From positions 125,790 through 189,789 of the forward strand of contig NMRA01000523.1 of assembly GCA_002633005.1 (NCBI GenBank): a stretch of DNA of 64,000 nt, written 5' to 3'. Made by a program: the position numbers and the translations under genes. Below the pieces are notes generated by a model. It did no database searches and was not told the DNA's origin. It saw only the letters and a program-made list of their open reading frames with translations. The DNA is from Phoronis australis. Lineage: Eukaryota > Animalia > Phoronida. Shown here in pieces: positions 35,710 through 50,225 of the stretch; position 1 is the first letter of the stretch; each line of letters begins with the position of its first letter.

Positions 35710-38339
35710 GTTGTCACCCTGTCTCTGTCTGATCTGGCTGTCAAATCCAGGGCGTGTGTTAACAAAATTTACCGGCTTTGTGCAACTGATATCAGGTGAT
35801 GACAAAAAACTGAGGTCACAACGCATGCGTAAAATCATTTTGCATGTCGCCCATTACTCTCCCCCCGGATGTAGTGCATTCATCGTCTATTATGTTTTAT
35901 TCAACTTAAAAACATCGTGTTCCCCTGGTATTTTACGAATTCTTTGATTGCATCTCCACTCTCACATGGAATAACAACATAACGATATCGCAACACTTTC
36001 ACACTTCAGTGTCCCACTCGCAAACTTGCATCCAAAATTCTTCAACATTACTTCATACATAGTTACCTTGTCGCGTATAGGATGTTACTGCAAATTCCCC
36101 AAAAAACGTGCTCCATAATTACTTTACATTGCACAATTCAGTGCCTAAAATGGAGGAATCATGTATCAAACGAGCTTGAAAAGCCAACAACTGTCCCACA
36201 ATGCTTTTGAAATACGACCATCAGCACCGGTAGTGAGTCAGAAAGTTTTGCCGTATTTATAATCCCACAAATAGCAGTACACCAGTTTCAAACTGCGGAT
36301 TGTAGTCTAAACGTGGGTATCAGAAGAACATTTACGGTGTAAATTTGCCGGTTTTGTCATCTTTTTAATTCACCGGCTACATACATGTATATTTGGCACA
36401 TTTAAGATCCAAACGCTTGGCGTCTGTCTTTGTTTTTACCATTCTAAATTGTTTTTGAGTTGTTTGGAATTGAAACTAAACCAGATTTAACCGTCTTCAC
36501 AGCTGTTTCTATTTTGTCAACAAACCGGTGAAATTGTAATCAAATAATCAGCTCGGACAAAAGGGGGCAGTGGTATTACCGTCACAATTAATAAATATTC
36601 ATCGAGAAGTGTGCCGCTAGACCCATATGCAGTACATGGAGTTCTGCTATTAGTTGGTGTTGACCGGTTGAATTAGTCCTATACGTTGTGAAGAACGTTT
36701 AGTTCTACACTCGACTGGTTGTCGCATGTTATACATGTAGATGTATATTGCGGTTATACATAGTTGTAAACTTTCGAGGATGAAAATGAGGGAGATGCGG
36801 ATGGAAAGCCAAAATGCAGGATGAAATGTCCGCTGTGATACCCGAAAATCTCGAACAGTGTTTCAGTCAAACGGAAAAATAGGACTACACTGTACATGTA
36901 CATGGCGTGATAAATCACAGTAAAGTGAAAAATGAATTCGCCGTGTGTCAAAAATCTTAGTTTCGGACAAGTCTCCTTTCTTCAGGTGTGCAGGTACACG
37001 TGCACATCTGAAGAAAGGAGACTGTTCCGAAACTACGAGCGCACCAGTATCAAGCTTGCATTACAAAAAGACAATTCAATATCGGCTTGACTGGCAATAT
37101 CGTCGAGATACCAGACTTCGTTACGGGCATTAAAATCAGCATTGGTCGAAGTGGGGATTTCAGATATTTCTGAGAGTTACTTTAACGAAAGAAGACATGA
37201 AGTTTCTCCGTTCAACTGTGTTTTGAGAGGGAGACTTGTAAAAACTTTCATATCGTAAATAAGTTAGTATTGACAAAAATGTCCACCCAGCAGTTTAAAA
37301 GTAATGGATGAATTTGTTCGTCGGGAACGGTCTCATATTTAGCCGTGCCATGAAGATATGCTAAGAGACCCCTACCCAGGCTGGTGTGATAGGCAATTTA
37401 GTGGAATACATACAGATACCATACTTGAGATTATCGAGCGACAAATTTCCTGACTTACATATAGCTGCAATTCAATAATTGCCGTTTACTACAGTTGGTT
37501 CGAAAGTCTCAAACTTGGAAAAGTCGTTTGCTTTGATTCTGTTGATGTTTGTGAGCAAAATGTAATTTTTTGTTCTGAGCTTTGCTGGACCATGATTAGA
37601 CTCAATGTCTGAGATTTGAAGTAGAAGACATATTTGTGGCCTTAAACTAGTGATAATAAATTTCCTGTTATAGCATATATTGAAGATCATAATACCCGAA
37701 ACCACCTTTTCCAAAGACCCAAAATTCACAATAACACGCGACGATGCAGAACACCATCTTGATTATAGTGGGCGTTTGCACGAACATGTATAAGGGCTCG
37801 TGCAAAATTTAACACCTGTCTCCAACATTCTGCATTGTGAAAACTCAACGCCGATGGGCGTTTACACGGACGAATACGGTAGGTCGGGTTCATGATTTCA
37901 GAAATTTGAATTCTTAGGCAAGTTCAGAAATTTTTATGAAGGTGCAGATGTCGTCTGACCAGAAGGGAGATCAGCCGATTATGACAAATTTCAGCGAATG
38001 CCCCCCCGTTGTCATCGAACGAGTACTATGCGAAAAGGTAGAGCCCCAACCTATCCGTTAAAGATAGGATATAGATAGACAACTACAACAACAACAAAAT
38101 TGGTGCAGATACTGGTACTACTAACTACAATGATAACCAAGTTAGTAGTAATTTTGAATTTGCTTCTGATTCAATGCGCTTCACGTAATCATCGGGTCGC
38201 ACTAGTGGTGTCTGCGCAGATAACAGGATCGTGCAGACGATTAGAGGAGGTTTTAGGTTATTCGTTGCCATTGAACGTGCGTGGTTGCTACGTCATCATA
38301 GTCGATATTGTCGTTGGCCGAATAGGTGAACGTTGCGCC

Positions 38340-38680
38340 GTTACGTGTGTAAGTTAATTCTTGTTAGAGGCGTAAAGTAATTATTGGCGGTGTAAATTAA
38401 TTATTTACGACGCACCTAATTATTTGCGGCGTAAAGTAATCATTTTCGGCGTAAATTAATTATTTGAGGCATAAACTAATTATATGGGGAGTAAAGAAAT
38501 TATTTACGACGTAAAGTAACCATTACAATACGGCGTAAAGTTACTTACGTAAATTACTTTACGCCGTAAATAATTACTTTACGCCGCAAATAATTGATTT
38601 ACGTCGCAAATGATGACTTTACGCCGCAAATAACTACATGTACTCTACGCCTCTAACAAGAATCATCTTACGTACGAAAC
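38340..38680. mobile_element. Foldback MITE with ~22-bp internal subrepeats in opposite orientation on each arm
   Basis: TIR gtaagttaattcttgttagaggcgta / tacgcctctaacaagaatcatcttac; repeats ggcgtaaagtaattattt on the left arm and aattactttacgcc on the right arm. Confidence 0.85.
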
Positions 38681-40025
38681 ACCAAAGGGTAACAAGGAAG
38701 ACTAGAAGTAAATGTTTGTAACTGTCTAAGCTATAAAGTAGCGAAATAGCTCACAAAAACAGTGTGTTGTGAATACTTTAAAATCGACCAAGAAACAAAA
38801 CAGAAGAAAATATGTTTGTTATATGTTATATTGGTATACTTGCTGGCCTAGTATGGTAAGGTGCAGGCATTTTCAAATTTCGAATTGAAGATGATCGTCA
38901 AAGGATTGTTGTTCATACAGTTTCCACTTTGATTGTGGATTGGTGGATTGACATGCATGCGCATGTACACGTGTGTACGTTTCCATTCTTTTAAATCCAG
39001 TACACGCCGACGGTTGTTCACAATATGGAGTCCTTGGTCGTCGATCAAACAAAAACCAGCCATTTAACCACCTTGTGTTCTTGCACTGAGAAAGCTCCAA
39101 CGAGCATGTTCACATTAGGGAATAGTAGATTCAGGCATTATAGAAACTTTGGTCAATGAAGAAAATATTCTCTTGTCAATCAGTTCCAATGGCCCCGAAG
39201 ACCTCAAACTATCAACAATTTTGCTGGAAAAGATTTCCAAAATTACATGTTACTATTTTGAAGGTTCGCTACTGCGAAGGTTTCTAACTTCGAAAGTTCA
39301 CTACTTCGTATGTCCACAATTTCGAAACCGGAATTCCTTCCGGGTGAGGTTGAGGCGCAGCGGCCCTAAACTACTGTAGCGCCTCTACACAGAAAACCGG
39401 AATAATAAAACATTTTCCTACCAACATAGTGGAAACAAAATATTTTAAAAGCGGCCTTGTCAATCCAAGTTCTTATTTTTCAATAAGACAATTTAATACG
39501 TTTGCCAAAATTTTAGTACGTTGCCTAGTTTCCATGTTTCAGATTGTACAAAGAGAAAGAGAAATGACGTCATTCAACAGTAAAAGATGTTACACAGGCT
39601 ACGAGCCTTTGCACTCCATGGCGGCATGAGTCACTTTGAAGTGGCCTATGGTCATTCTGGCGAGTTCCAAAGCAAAGTACATCTTTTTGCACAACGCCTC
39701 GTGAAGAGAATTTTCCACAACTTTAACTTCAAAATATAATAGAAATCGTTTCTTGAAGAAATATTTACTGTGAAAAAAGTGCTCGTGCGTTGTTATGTTT
39801 GTTGCAATCGGGGTCGAGTCCCGCAAGAATATCACGAGTAAAGCTTGTGTGATCATGTGATTACCTCGGCTTGTAATGCATGTCGATATCTGGCGAAGAC
39901 TTTTTCCATGATCCTTCGTTTTCAAGAAAATATTGGATCTACGGAATGGGAACATGATCACGTGATAACAGGCGAAAATAACAACTCTATGAAATATCCC
40001 AGCGCTCTCTTTGATTCAGTGGTAC

Positions 40026-40191
40026 CAGGGGAGGATCTAGGATTTTGAGTTGGGTAGCCAGGGCAGAGTATTAGCCAGGGTTTTTCCCGTCACTGACGGA
40101 ATGATCTGAGATCATTCGCACCTCCAAACATCCAGATGGAATCTGGGAGAGTTTTAGGGGGGGCCATGGCCCCCCTCTAAATCCGCCACTG
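40026..40191. mobile_element. hAT-like MITE with a perfect 5-bp target duplication
   Basis: caggggaggatctagg...taaatccgccactg flanked by ggtac (40021-40025) and ggtac (40192-40196). Confidence 0.8.
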
Positions 40192-43100
40192 GGTACTTCC
40201 CCAAAATGCTGCACTTACCAGTACACTCGTCCCGCTGCTGCCGAGCCATACTACCCAATATTTATTGTCAGATTCTGGTCGACTATCCGCTTATATTTTA
40301 ACCGTCATCACAATTGCCAATAAAGCATTGAAAATTGCAATGCTGGCCGTGTTTCTGAAAAGATCTGTTGTCGCGATAAAATCATTAATCAGTTGTAAAT
40401 TTCAGTTCTGTCAGAAGTGTGTTGAGTACGATTTTATGAGAGTAAAATTCCAAACATGATTTTTGCTTTAGCCACCTGAACAAGGGAAATGCAGCTTTAA
40501 CTGGATGTAACGTTGGTGGACTAAATATATCACCAAAAGCATATTTACAAATCATGGTGCCCCGGGGTTCACAAGACATGCCGGTATGGTGAATGGGTGA
40601 ATGTGAATGTGGGCAAATTCCTCCAGTTATTATTTAAGAGTTTAAATTAACAACGAGAGGTGACTTTCTGAATCATTTTTTAATTTTACAAGCCATTAAA
40701 CATACATGTAACTCATTCGTGACTTGAACTAGAGCAGCTCCATGCCGTGGCAGCTGGCCTGTAACAATGAAAAAGTGTCGAATTAGCCACTGTTTAACAC
40801 CAGTGATAACGGACAGCCTCAATGCTAGATGAACTAGACAATGTATCGTAAGTTTAAGTGGAACCACGGTCTAATCCCTGTACTCCAAACTCGATTAAAA
40901 ATGACCAAAATGTACTAAAATCAGACTAACAGTTTAAAACTGGTTAAAAATCGATTCTGGAGTCCGAATTTGGCCTGTCTGAGTTCTGACATTAGATCCT
41001 GGACACAGAAGACCAGTCTTCTACTTCGGAAACGAACTTCAAAGTTGTTCATTGATGAATTCAAGATCAGCGTAGTTGATGTTGTGCAGACAATTACATT
41101 AATTAATATTCAATGTGTTTAGGGCCCAAAACGCAAGGTGCACATTCAGCATCTGGCCATATTCTTTGACCATTACCAAGAGCTAACTTGCATTTACCCG
41201 TGCGCATGCTAATGGAAGCTACAAGCGAGTCAATTTAGCAAAATGATGAAGAGAAAAACGTCAAATTGTACGTATACCGGTGAGAATCTGCAGGCGGGAA
41301 TTTCCTGCCTCTTCGCAGTCGCGAGTTCTTTCGCTGCCTCTCGCTTGTGTTGAACAATGTTGGCCTGGGACTGGACGACAGGAGCAGCGCCGCTATTCAA
41401 GAAGAAAGACAAACGAATAACCTTAGAACTGGAATGATAAGGAAAGTAGCCCGTAAAGTCATATATCACACAGGTGGCGTTACGATAAAGTTATCACTCG
41501 ATTTGAAAAATAGCCAGTCTTTACACCGCGCTTGTTAAAAGCAAGTTCATTGACGATAAATACCATCAATTAATGATAGTTTATATGTTGGGGTTTGAAT
41601 TATTAATACTTTAGTGAGTTTCCTTATTGAAAGTGTTCTACTTTGACTTAATCGTGCTTCTTTCATAGTTGAATATACTACTTTGCAACACTCTGGCTCT
41701 GGTATGCTATACACATGAATTATGAAAAACTCTAGAACGATAAGTCGGGGTGAAAAACTTTCTGTAGACTTTCTGTAGCAGTTGTGCAGACGTACTCACA
41801 TACCATTTTAAAACACACTAGTCAAATGACGCTTGAGCTAAGGCACAAGAAGTAACAAAATAGAAGAATATCCATCGAAAAATCTCGAATAACTCGAGAG
41901 CAGTAGGTCGTAGTAAGGAATTGATGACGAGTGTCAAATAGACCTTGACGAGATTTGCATGCATTCCAAAGTTCAGAAGAATTGTCAAAGGACCGCGGAG
42001 CTACATGTACATCTGCTCTAAGCGAAAATATTTTGACCAATTTTGCACAAAAACAAAAATGACTTCGAGATTTTAAAGAGAAAATGAGTGAACTTCACGT
42101 CAATCAGACAAAAAGTAAGAGCAATGGCACGGGCTCAAACAAAATTACAAAAAAATTCACGACAAAGCAACCTACTGGGAGAAAATTCATTTTACCAAGC
42201 AAAAAACAAAAAACAAAATAAATCTGTGGATAAGTAAGATACATGTACATGGCATTCGCTAAAATATGAAAGGGCTCTAAAGAGTGACATTTGGTGAAAT
42301 GGAACGAAGAACTCAGAGCTAAGGTCGACGAAAGCAAGAACTCAAACAAATACGCGGCTACGCCCACGACACCAAAGACAATCAATATACAGCCGATGCA
42401 TTGACAACAACCACGGTTGTGCCGCCAGCTATTCTACTTAAAGACAAATCTGTTACTGACTATGATGTTGGTCAGTACCAATAACAACAACAACGCCTAC
42501 ACGGAAGATGGCAATGGAGGTGACGCCAGTCACCAACGACGACAGCAGCGATCAGACAACATCGTCGAATCGTCGTATCTCGAACAAAATTTGTGTTTTT
42601 GTAGAGTTTTATACCAAAAAGCAAATATTTGAAGTTACGTGAGTGTCGACACAGGCTGCCAACCACATTTCCGAAGAAACTGTACTCAAGAGACTGCTGA
42701 GCTAGAGCTCCGCAAAGAGATTTCACGAATGGCTGTTACAGCGCCATATTTGGAGCAATTTCGCCCGAAAACAACGGGACTCGAGCTTGTAGCATGATGC
42801 ATGTTGTTAAAAAAATTTCTTGTCTATCAGAGAAGAAATGCGATCTGTAGAGTGCGTACAAAGATCAGACATATTCGTCAAAGAATACTGGAGCAACATC
42901 CTGAATAGCCATTGGAAAATCTCAAACAACTCAGAACCGTACATGTAGGTCGTAGCGAGAGATGAAAAACACATTCCAGATAGCCCTTGAGGAGGTCCAT
43001 CTATCAACCAAATTTCATATGAATCCCACAAATGACCGCTGAACTACAGCTTCACCGTCACAGCGTCACCTTTTGGTCACATTTTGCCCAAAAGCAAAAA

Positions 43101-44369
43101 GCCTCGAACACTTGAGAAGCTACATTTTTCATGCGATCTCATAGCATGCGTTCAAACAAAGAAATGATAGCGTTCTGAGGTGCGACACTTTTAAAGCTAG
43201 ACCAATGGGTAAAATGTCACCTTCTTTGCTGTCTTTATAACATTTCGCAGCTCTGCCGTGATATAATCGAAGAAGAATTATGAAGTGAGTTCCACAACAA
43301 ATGCAAAATATACCAGTAACGATGATGACACCACCCATGACATTGCAGACGACCCTGGCACGCTTCTCGTTAGCACGTAAAACAACCCTGCCGATGCCGC
43401 CACCAATAGCAAAAATAATGCCACTGTAACGTGGCAATAATGACGCCTATACCGAAGGTGACAACGACAATCAACAAACTGTCATGGCAACTGATCTGTA
43501 ATTCGATGAGCTCCGAGTACACTACAGTAGTTTCAGCCGTCACTGACCAACAAACTTAAATCATAGATTACAGACAACAGATTCTTAACTCCGACATTTT
43601 CTTGCGAAATCCTAGAGAAGGTGCCACCATCTAAATATACAGTAGCAAGCTCAGCTTTTGGTTAGTGCATTGTCGTGACGGGAAAATCTTCCATCTATTT
43701 TACTGTCTAGTACAACGGGAAAAAAATTCAGCACTGAAACGCTGTTCAAGGTCTTCCCACAGTAGAGTCCAGAAATTTTGAGCGGCACCACCGTGCATTC
43801 AAGCTGCAAATAAAACGTCCCGTGGTGTTTGTAAACTGTTATTCAAGTGCGAGATTGGTTTCTGAGTAGGCCTGGTGGTTATTTCTGGAGTATTAATTTG
43901 AGCATTATTTAAGTAGTTAACGTTTTACGAGCGTTCAATTTATTTAAACACAGACGTGAGTTGGGCAAAATCGCCGATACAAAATTCCGGCGAAATGACC
44001 ATGATTAGCAGACGACGTGCTTGCCGGAAGTAAAGCGTACTATGACTTCCAGGTGATGCTGGTGAATAATGACGTCACAGGTTATGCGTAAGATCACAGA
44101 TCTAGTCCATTGAAAATGTACGGAGTTGGCGGTCTATGTACTATGGTTTGTGCTTAAATGAACTTAAATTTAAAGAAATATGTACGAACGACGTAGCATT
44201 CCGAATAGAAAACATTAAATCTAAAGTCAACATTTAAAACAATGACAACGCCGTGTTTCGAACAGCCGACACAGAAATCATACAATAGTCCAGCAACTTA
44301 ACCACTTTCAAACCATCGCCGGATGAGTATATGTTCACATGACTTAAGCAGAGGTGCCCTAAAATGTGA

Positions 44370-45445
44370 TTGTAGTAGGTTTGCGCCCCGGGTTCTATGT
44401 GTCCCGTTTCATGGATTTCAGGTTCTTTCTGCTCCGGTTTCTATGTGTCCCCGTCTTTTGCGTTATAGTCCAGACGCTAAGCGGACGAGTGTGCAAGTTA
44501 TAGCTTTAATCGCCATTTTAAGTCCACATGACAGTTTTGAAGTGCATAATCAATCCTGAAACAGGGCAAAATTTTTGACCTCATTAACCCGGATTTGCAT
44601 GCATAATTATGTCAAAATTTGGCCTTATAGCATAAATTACATACATGCATATCTCTGTAACCAGTTAACAGAATCTCAGGATCTTTGGGTCGATTCTTAT
44701 ATTCACCAGGGCGACAAATTAATTTTGACACTTACTGTATGAGGTCATTCAAGGTAAGGATCACATGGCAATCTTTAACCAAAGACATACATAACACACA
44801 GGCAGTACGTGCAGGCTTCATAAGAAATTGCCAAACCTGGTTCAAATGAGCATTATGAGTTGCCCTTTTAATCATAATAAAAGGCAAAACAATTCGACCT
44901 CATTAACTCTAATTTGCATGCATAATAAGCTCGTATATTTTGTCATAATTAGCATAATTTACTTGTGAGCATATCTCTCAAACCATTTTGAAGGTATCGG
45001 GAGATTTGTGGCTCGATTCTTAGCGATATGTTAACCTGGGCGCCCAATTCATTTCTGACACTTTGAAGTCATTCTAGGTCAACGTCTCAAATAGAGCGAA
45101 AATTTAGATCTATCATAAACCTGATTTGCATCCGTAATTAGATCCTAAATTACATAAATTGTAATGTTTACATATTTTTACCCACTGACGGAATCGGAGA
45201 ATCTTTGTTTCGAGTAGTGCATTGAATAACATTCCCGTATGGTGGCATTCAAGTACTTGCAGCTAGGGCATTTTCTACAGAGGGACAATCACAGCTGTAT
45301 ACCACACCGAGACACAAAGAACACTGGGTACATAATACCCCGTCCGATGCATATAAAACTGGCTACACATAACCCGGGACACATACATGTAGAGCCCCGA
45401 TATGCATAAAACGGGACAGAGAGTACCCGCAAAACATCGGGATGA
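44370..45445. mobile_element. Inverted-repeat element interrupted by an insertion with three diverged tandem units
   Basis: Arms 44380-44455 (ctatgtgtcccgtttcatg) and 45310-45445 (cataaaacgggaca) are imperfect reverse complements. Internal units start at ~44563, ~44882 and ~45095 (gacctcattaac..atttgcatgcataat). Confidence 0.55.
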
Positions 45446-45949
45446 CCCCAATGAAGGTGATACTCGGCCACCGTTGACTGTTTACCGCATGGAAAGTTGT
45501 CTGCATATCTTGGTGTGCTCCTCGTGCTTCTAAACTTAGAAAAAAAGAAACCTCAATACAAAGTAGCATACTTATGGGAGAAATTTCCAAATATAAAAAC
45601 AAACTTCACGATAAAGCAACATAGTTGGAGAAATTTCAATTCCTTTTGTCAAATAACAAAGTTCACGCCAAAGCAACAATCTTGTACATGCTTGTCAAGT
45701 AACAAATAACAGGCAACAGACATTATTTCGCCAAATAAGAGGCAAACTCGTGTTCGATTTCAATTATTAACAACAAGCCTTGAGGTAATGACGAGATTCA
45801 TGTTGCGAACAAATTGCGTTTCTATCACACAAGAACTGCGACCTGTAGCTGATGAACAAAGAAATAAAAACTCAAATTCTATGACAACGGTATGGGCAGC
45901 GAAAAGGTTCAAAATAGACAACACTACCAAATAAACAAGTTAGTTTTCA

Positions 45950-46250
45950 AGCAGACAGGTTATTTGGTTCAGTTTTGGCAAACAGACAGGTTATTTGGTT
46001 AAATTTCGACAAACAGACAGGTTATTTGGTTAAATTTCGACAAACAGACAGGTTATTTGGTTAAGTTTCGACAAACAGACAGGTTATTTAGCGAACGAAC
46101 AAGTTAGTTGCGCCGAACAGACAGGTTACTCGGGCCGAACGAACAGGTTACTTGTCGAACGAACAGGTCACTTCTACCAAACGGACAGGTTAGTCATCGA
46201 ATGAACATGTTGGTCTTGCCAAACAGACGTAGTAGTCGAACAGACAGGAC
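45950..46250. repeat. 31-bp minisatellite grading into shorter cgaacagacagg subrepeats
   Basis: caaacagacaggttatttggttaaatttcga starts at 45979, 46010, 46041 and 46072; degenerate ~21-bp units continue to ~46250. Confidence 0.9.
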
Positions 46251-46396
46251 AGATGGCGCTGTTCCAACTCAAGAAATACGGTTGACGTCACGAAGTCATG
46301 AGCCCCGCAATGAGCACAAAAATTCCAAAAAGTTGTTATTGGTGATCTGTTGCAGTGAAGACTGAAATTCGTTCATAGGACAGTTCTCAATTTGTC

Positions 46397-47008
46397 ATCG
46401 ACCATTCTTAAATAAATTTATGGAATCGTGATGCGTTGGCTTGTTTAAACCAAGCTGCTGATAAAAGTAAATGGTAGATTGAACTGTTTCACGACCACGT
46501 ACATAAACAGGTATTCAAAGCTTTTTTCGGCCACCCCGCCAATCAATCGTTATTCCATAATTTGAAGTCAAACCGTTAATATTATGACCTGCAATCATGT
46601 GTGATCAGGTTTGTTATTTTGTGATTACGTGTTACTGGGTTATCCTCATCTTTGACGAAAGTTGAAACTGATGTGGTCCTGTATTCGCCGTACTATTGCG
46701 AAGTTAGTTATCGACCATTCTTAAAATAAATTTATGGAATCATGATGCGTGTGTTTGTTGAAATGAAGCTGCAGATTACAAGCAAAAATAGTAGAACTGT
46801 TTACGACCACGTACTTAAACAGGTCTTCAAAGCTTGGTTCGGCCAGTGGCACCCCGCCAATTAATTGCCATAAACTGTTAATATTACGACATGCAATCAA
46901 GTTTGTTACTTTGTGATTACATATTTTACAGGGTTATCCTCTTCTTTGAAGAAATTTGAAATTGATATGGTCCTGTATTCGTTGTACGGCTATTGCAAAT
47001 TTAGTTTT
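46397..47008. repeat. Diverged tandem duplication, period ~313 bp
   Basis: atcgaccattcttaaa(a)taaatttatggaatc at 46397 and 46710, colinear through tggtcctgtattcg. Confidence 0.9.
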
Positions 47009-49225
47009 GCATATACACAACATATTTTGTTACCTTTATTTGCTCCCTTTGCGTCAGTAGTACTCTACATGACATACATGTACTGAGGGTTAACAATCAG
47101 ATTCGATGCTGTGGCGTTATACCCGCAGAGCCATTACACGATTTTGTTTCATAAGAAATTATAATCTAACGAGTCTCACAGTTAGTTGTTGGCGTCATTG
47201 GGACAGAAATACCTGTCACACAGTTTTCAGCACCCTGCATGATTAATTGCCTGAACACTTGACCGAGTTTATCGGAATGAATCTTATATTCCAAAGTACG
47301 GTTTCCTGGCCAGATCACCACCCACAGTTAGAAAACTGCGGTGAAGGGGCCCCAAAACTGGCTGCTGAAATTTTCTGATAATTTGCCGCGGACTATAAAA
47401 CACACCGCCACTTAGACAAGTGATACTTGTGTAATTTTACGGCTAAAGTTCGTGCTCTCCAATTCACTTTCGTCAAGCCTGAGAAGATTATATCAGCTTT
47501 AACTTTTTAAGGGTAAGTGTGCTTTTTTATTGTTTTTAACTTTTAAATTCCCAGTCATATAATCTTTAAACGTCAAAAGAATAATAATCTTTGGCTATAT
47601 AGCTAAAATATTCGGCNGCAAGATACTAGAATTATATTGCGTTAACGGCGAAAACGTTTTTTGTCACTCTGTCAAAACAAAAAAAAAATAAATGCCACGA
47701 ATAACGACATTTTTTATCCAACATAGCATCTTCATCGTCACAAACGTTACAATTCAGTCTAAAAATTTAAATCATTCGGTAGAAATGCACGATTGAGTTT
47801 AAAAGTTGACTTCCTGAGAAGATTTTCACTTAAAAGTCACTAAAAGCTTTTTTTGCGCTGTTTCCGGGGAACCGTCTTTCAGTGGAGTAATTTTTGGAAA
47901 TTTCCAAAAGATGTTTAAATAAGCCTAAAATTTTAAACTGAAAGCAAACGTAAGTGCTTTTTTGGATGCAAATTATGTGAAAGCACGTGCATGCATGTAC
48001 ACGCATAGTAGGCCAAGCATATTGGCGAGTCTCCCTGTATATCATTCATTGGCAACAATCTTCACTGTACTGCGCAAGACGAATAGCAGCGCACATTTTG
48101 TGATGGGGTGTGACCAAGTATCAATTTGAAACACTGTTTCTCTCATTTATCTCTCGTATAGGCGCAAGCACTTTATTTTAAAATTAGACGTAGCTTCGGT
48201 TGCAGGAGCTTGGGACTAAATACGCGCATATACTGTAAAAATAAAAGGTATGCAGAGAGGGAATTTCGTACGAAATTCTGAAATTTGAAGATCTTGAAAA
48301 ACTTTTATTCACTGAAACATTCATTCCAATTTAGCGGTTTACATTCAGGTAGAATATTTCAACGGCTTTCTGCAAGACTAATTCAATATTTTTTAGAATA
48401 TCGGCCGTTCGTACATGTAGTATCAACCCTTAGGACTCTTGTCCGCTGTCTGCCGGGGAATTTCGTTTTGGAGTTTCCTCCCGTCATAAAGGACTATAGA
48501 ACCAGCCTCCAACTATTTTTTTTGCTTTTTGTGAGCTGTAAATGGCACCCCGTTTGCAGTGGCCCTAAAAGTATTTTTAAATTTTGCTAAATCGGTGTAG
48601 AAGCCGTCTTGATTGCCGGTTGTCTTGAATATAAACATTACATCTATTTTAATTTTAATTTGATTTCGAAATAATTATTTTTTGTAGGCGCATTTGAGTA
48701 GTTGCTCCGAGCTTCTACTTATGCTGCAGGCCCCGCAGTGGCTAAATCAGGCTCAGCATGTATTACAGCATTATTCTCAGAACATGGCAAACTTCTGAGC
48801 TCAAACTTACCAGGACTTGATGCTCACGACTGTGATAGAATGGTCGTGTCCCTCAACTGACGGATACAACCAGAAGAACTTGAATTTGTAAGCTGCGAAG
48901 ACATAAGATAAATCGACGACGAATACATTATTTTTAAGGACGAACGTACTAGTTCATTGCAGGTGTGGTTTAAAAATTAATATGCAGTGAGATAATCGTT
49001 GTAAGAGCATTTTAATAGGGGCTCCGCGCTTCGACTTGTGCTGCAGGCCCCGCAGTGGCTTAAAGGAGAATGCCAGTCGATTTAATTAGAATTTTTACCA
49101 CCTTAATCAGTCTATATTCACATCTCCTCGTCAACGATCGATCTTTTTACTTCGCCGAGAGGTGTCGCGCTAACCGGTGAGGAAGGTGAGAAACGACGCA
49201 GCGACGCCAGATGTTCTTCTGCACA

Positions 49226-49540
49226 GTAAGTGCCGCTGTGGTGTGCTGTATCGTTTCCGCTCATGCGAACTATGAAGCTAAGAGGAAAGCGGGTATATCC
49301 TTTTTTCGATTTCCTCGAGAGCCTATAATGCTTCGGGAGTGGTTCGTGGTAGTGAAGAATGAAAAGTACGCCGTTAATACCAAGTATGAGGCCGTAAAAC
49401 TTCTCCGTGTCTGTGGCTGGCATTTCGTCGACAGTCGTTTCACTGACGATCGAATGCCGTCTTAGTAAACAGCACATGCCGGGGCAGCAAAAAAGAGACT
49501 AAGGCTGAAGTCATATGTTGTGCCTAGTGTGTTTGCGTTC
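49226..49540 (+). pseudogene. THAP domain relic
   Basis: GISFFRFPREPIMLREW...RVCGWHF...RLRLKSYVVPSVF. Confidence 0.85.
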
Positions 49541-49626
49541 GGCAGGCAGGAAGCAAAAAACGCGGATCGGTTGTTGATTAGTTTTTCATTATGGAGAATT
49601 GTGGTTGGCCATGATGAAAACACAAA

Positions 49627-49810
49627 CCCAGATAGCATGCTGACGGTGGTCCAACGCCGGTCTGACGACTCACGTTACGTCGGGCCAACGTTGGTGTCTG
49701 ACGTCGGACCAACATCATTTTCACGGCTCATCGGATGAATGTTGTAACAACGTCGTAAGAACGTCGCAGTCCGGCCACCGATGACCCGACGTTGGTCCGA
49801 CTACCGACTA
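49627..49810 (+). mobile_element. Terminal fragment of a CCCAG-ended element with ccaacgt-type subterminal repeats (CMC/EnSpm-like, tentative)
   Basis: cccagatagcatg followed by repeated ggtccaacg/gggccaacgtt/gacgtcggacc motifs. Confidence 0.4.
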
Positions 49811-49840
49811 ATAATCCAAGGCATGAGAACATATAGCGTT

Positions 49841-50225
49841 TTATTTAACCTGTTTCGTAACTGACTCGTTGGTTAGGCCTCTGTTTGGTCCTCTGGGTTT
49901 AGGATGTTTTTGCCAGTTCTTTTTCCCAGCCCTAAAAAACGTCGTAAGCAGACCTCTGTTCAGAAGCGGTGCAAAATCAGAATGGTCCGTGAGACACATC
50001 TGCCCTTCTCCAAGAAGGCGTTTCACTTGCGGAATTTATTGGTAGCAAATGCAAGCCTCAATCGTTTCCATTATCGAGCAGTTAGCGCAATGATATCATG
50101 ACAAATCATTCAAACGGTTTTCGAAACTATCCATATGTTCCGTAGTCTGAACACGTTCTCGTCACCTCTCTTGTGTTTCTGGATCAGTGTATTCCGGTTC
50201 GAACTGATAGCGTGTGAAACCTTTG
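49841..50225 (-). pseudogene. KolX relic (Cys-rich accessory protein, related to the P2X7 cytoplasmic C-terminal domain)
   Basis: One frame with stops: FTRYQFEPEY...RLNDLS*YHCANCSIMETIEACICYQ*IPQV...CLTDHSDF. It matches, from memory, the pattern PYxFEP...WCxCxxCxxMxTxxExxCC...CITxHxxF. Confidence 0.75.
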
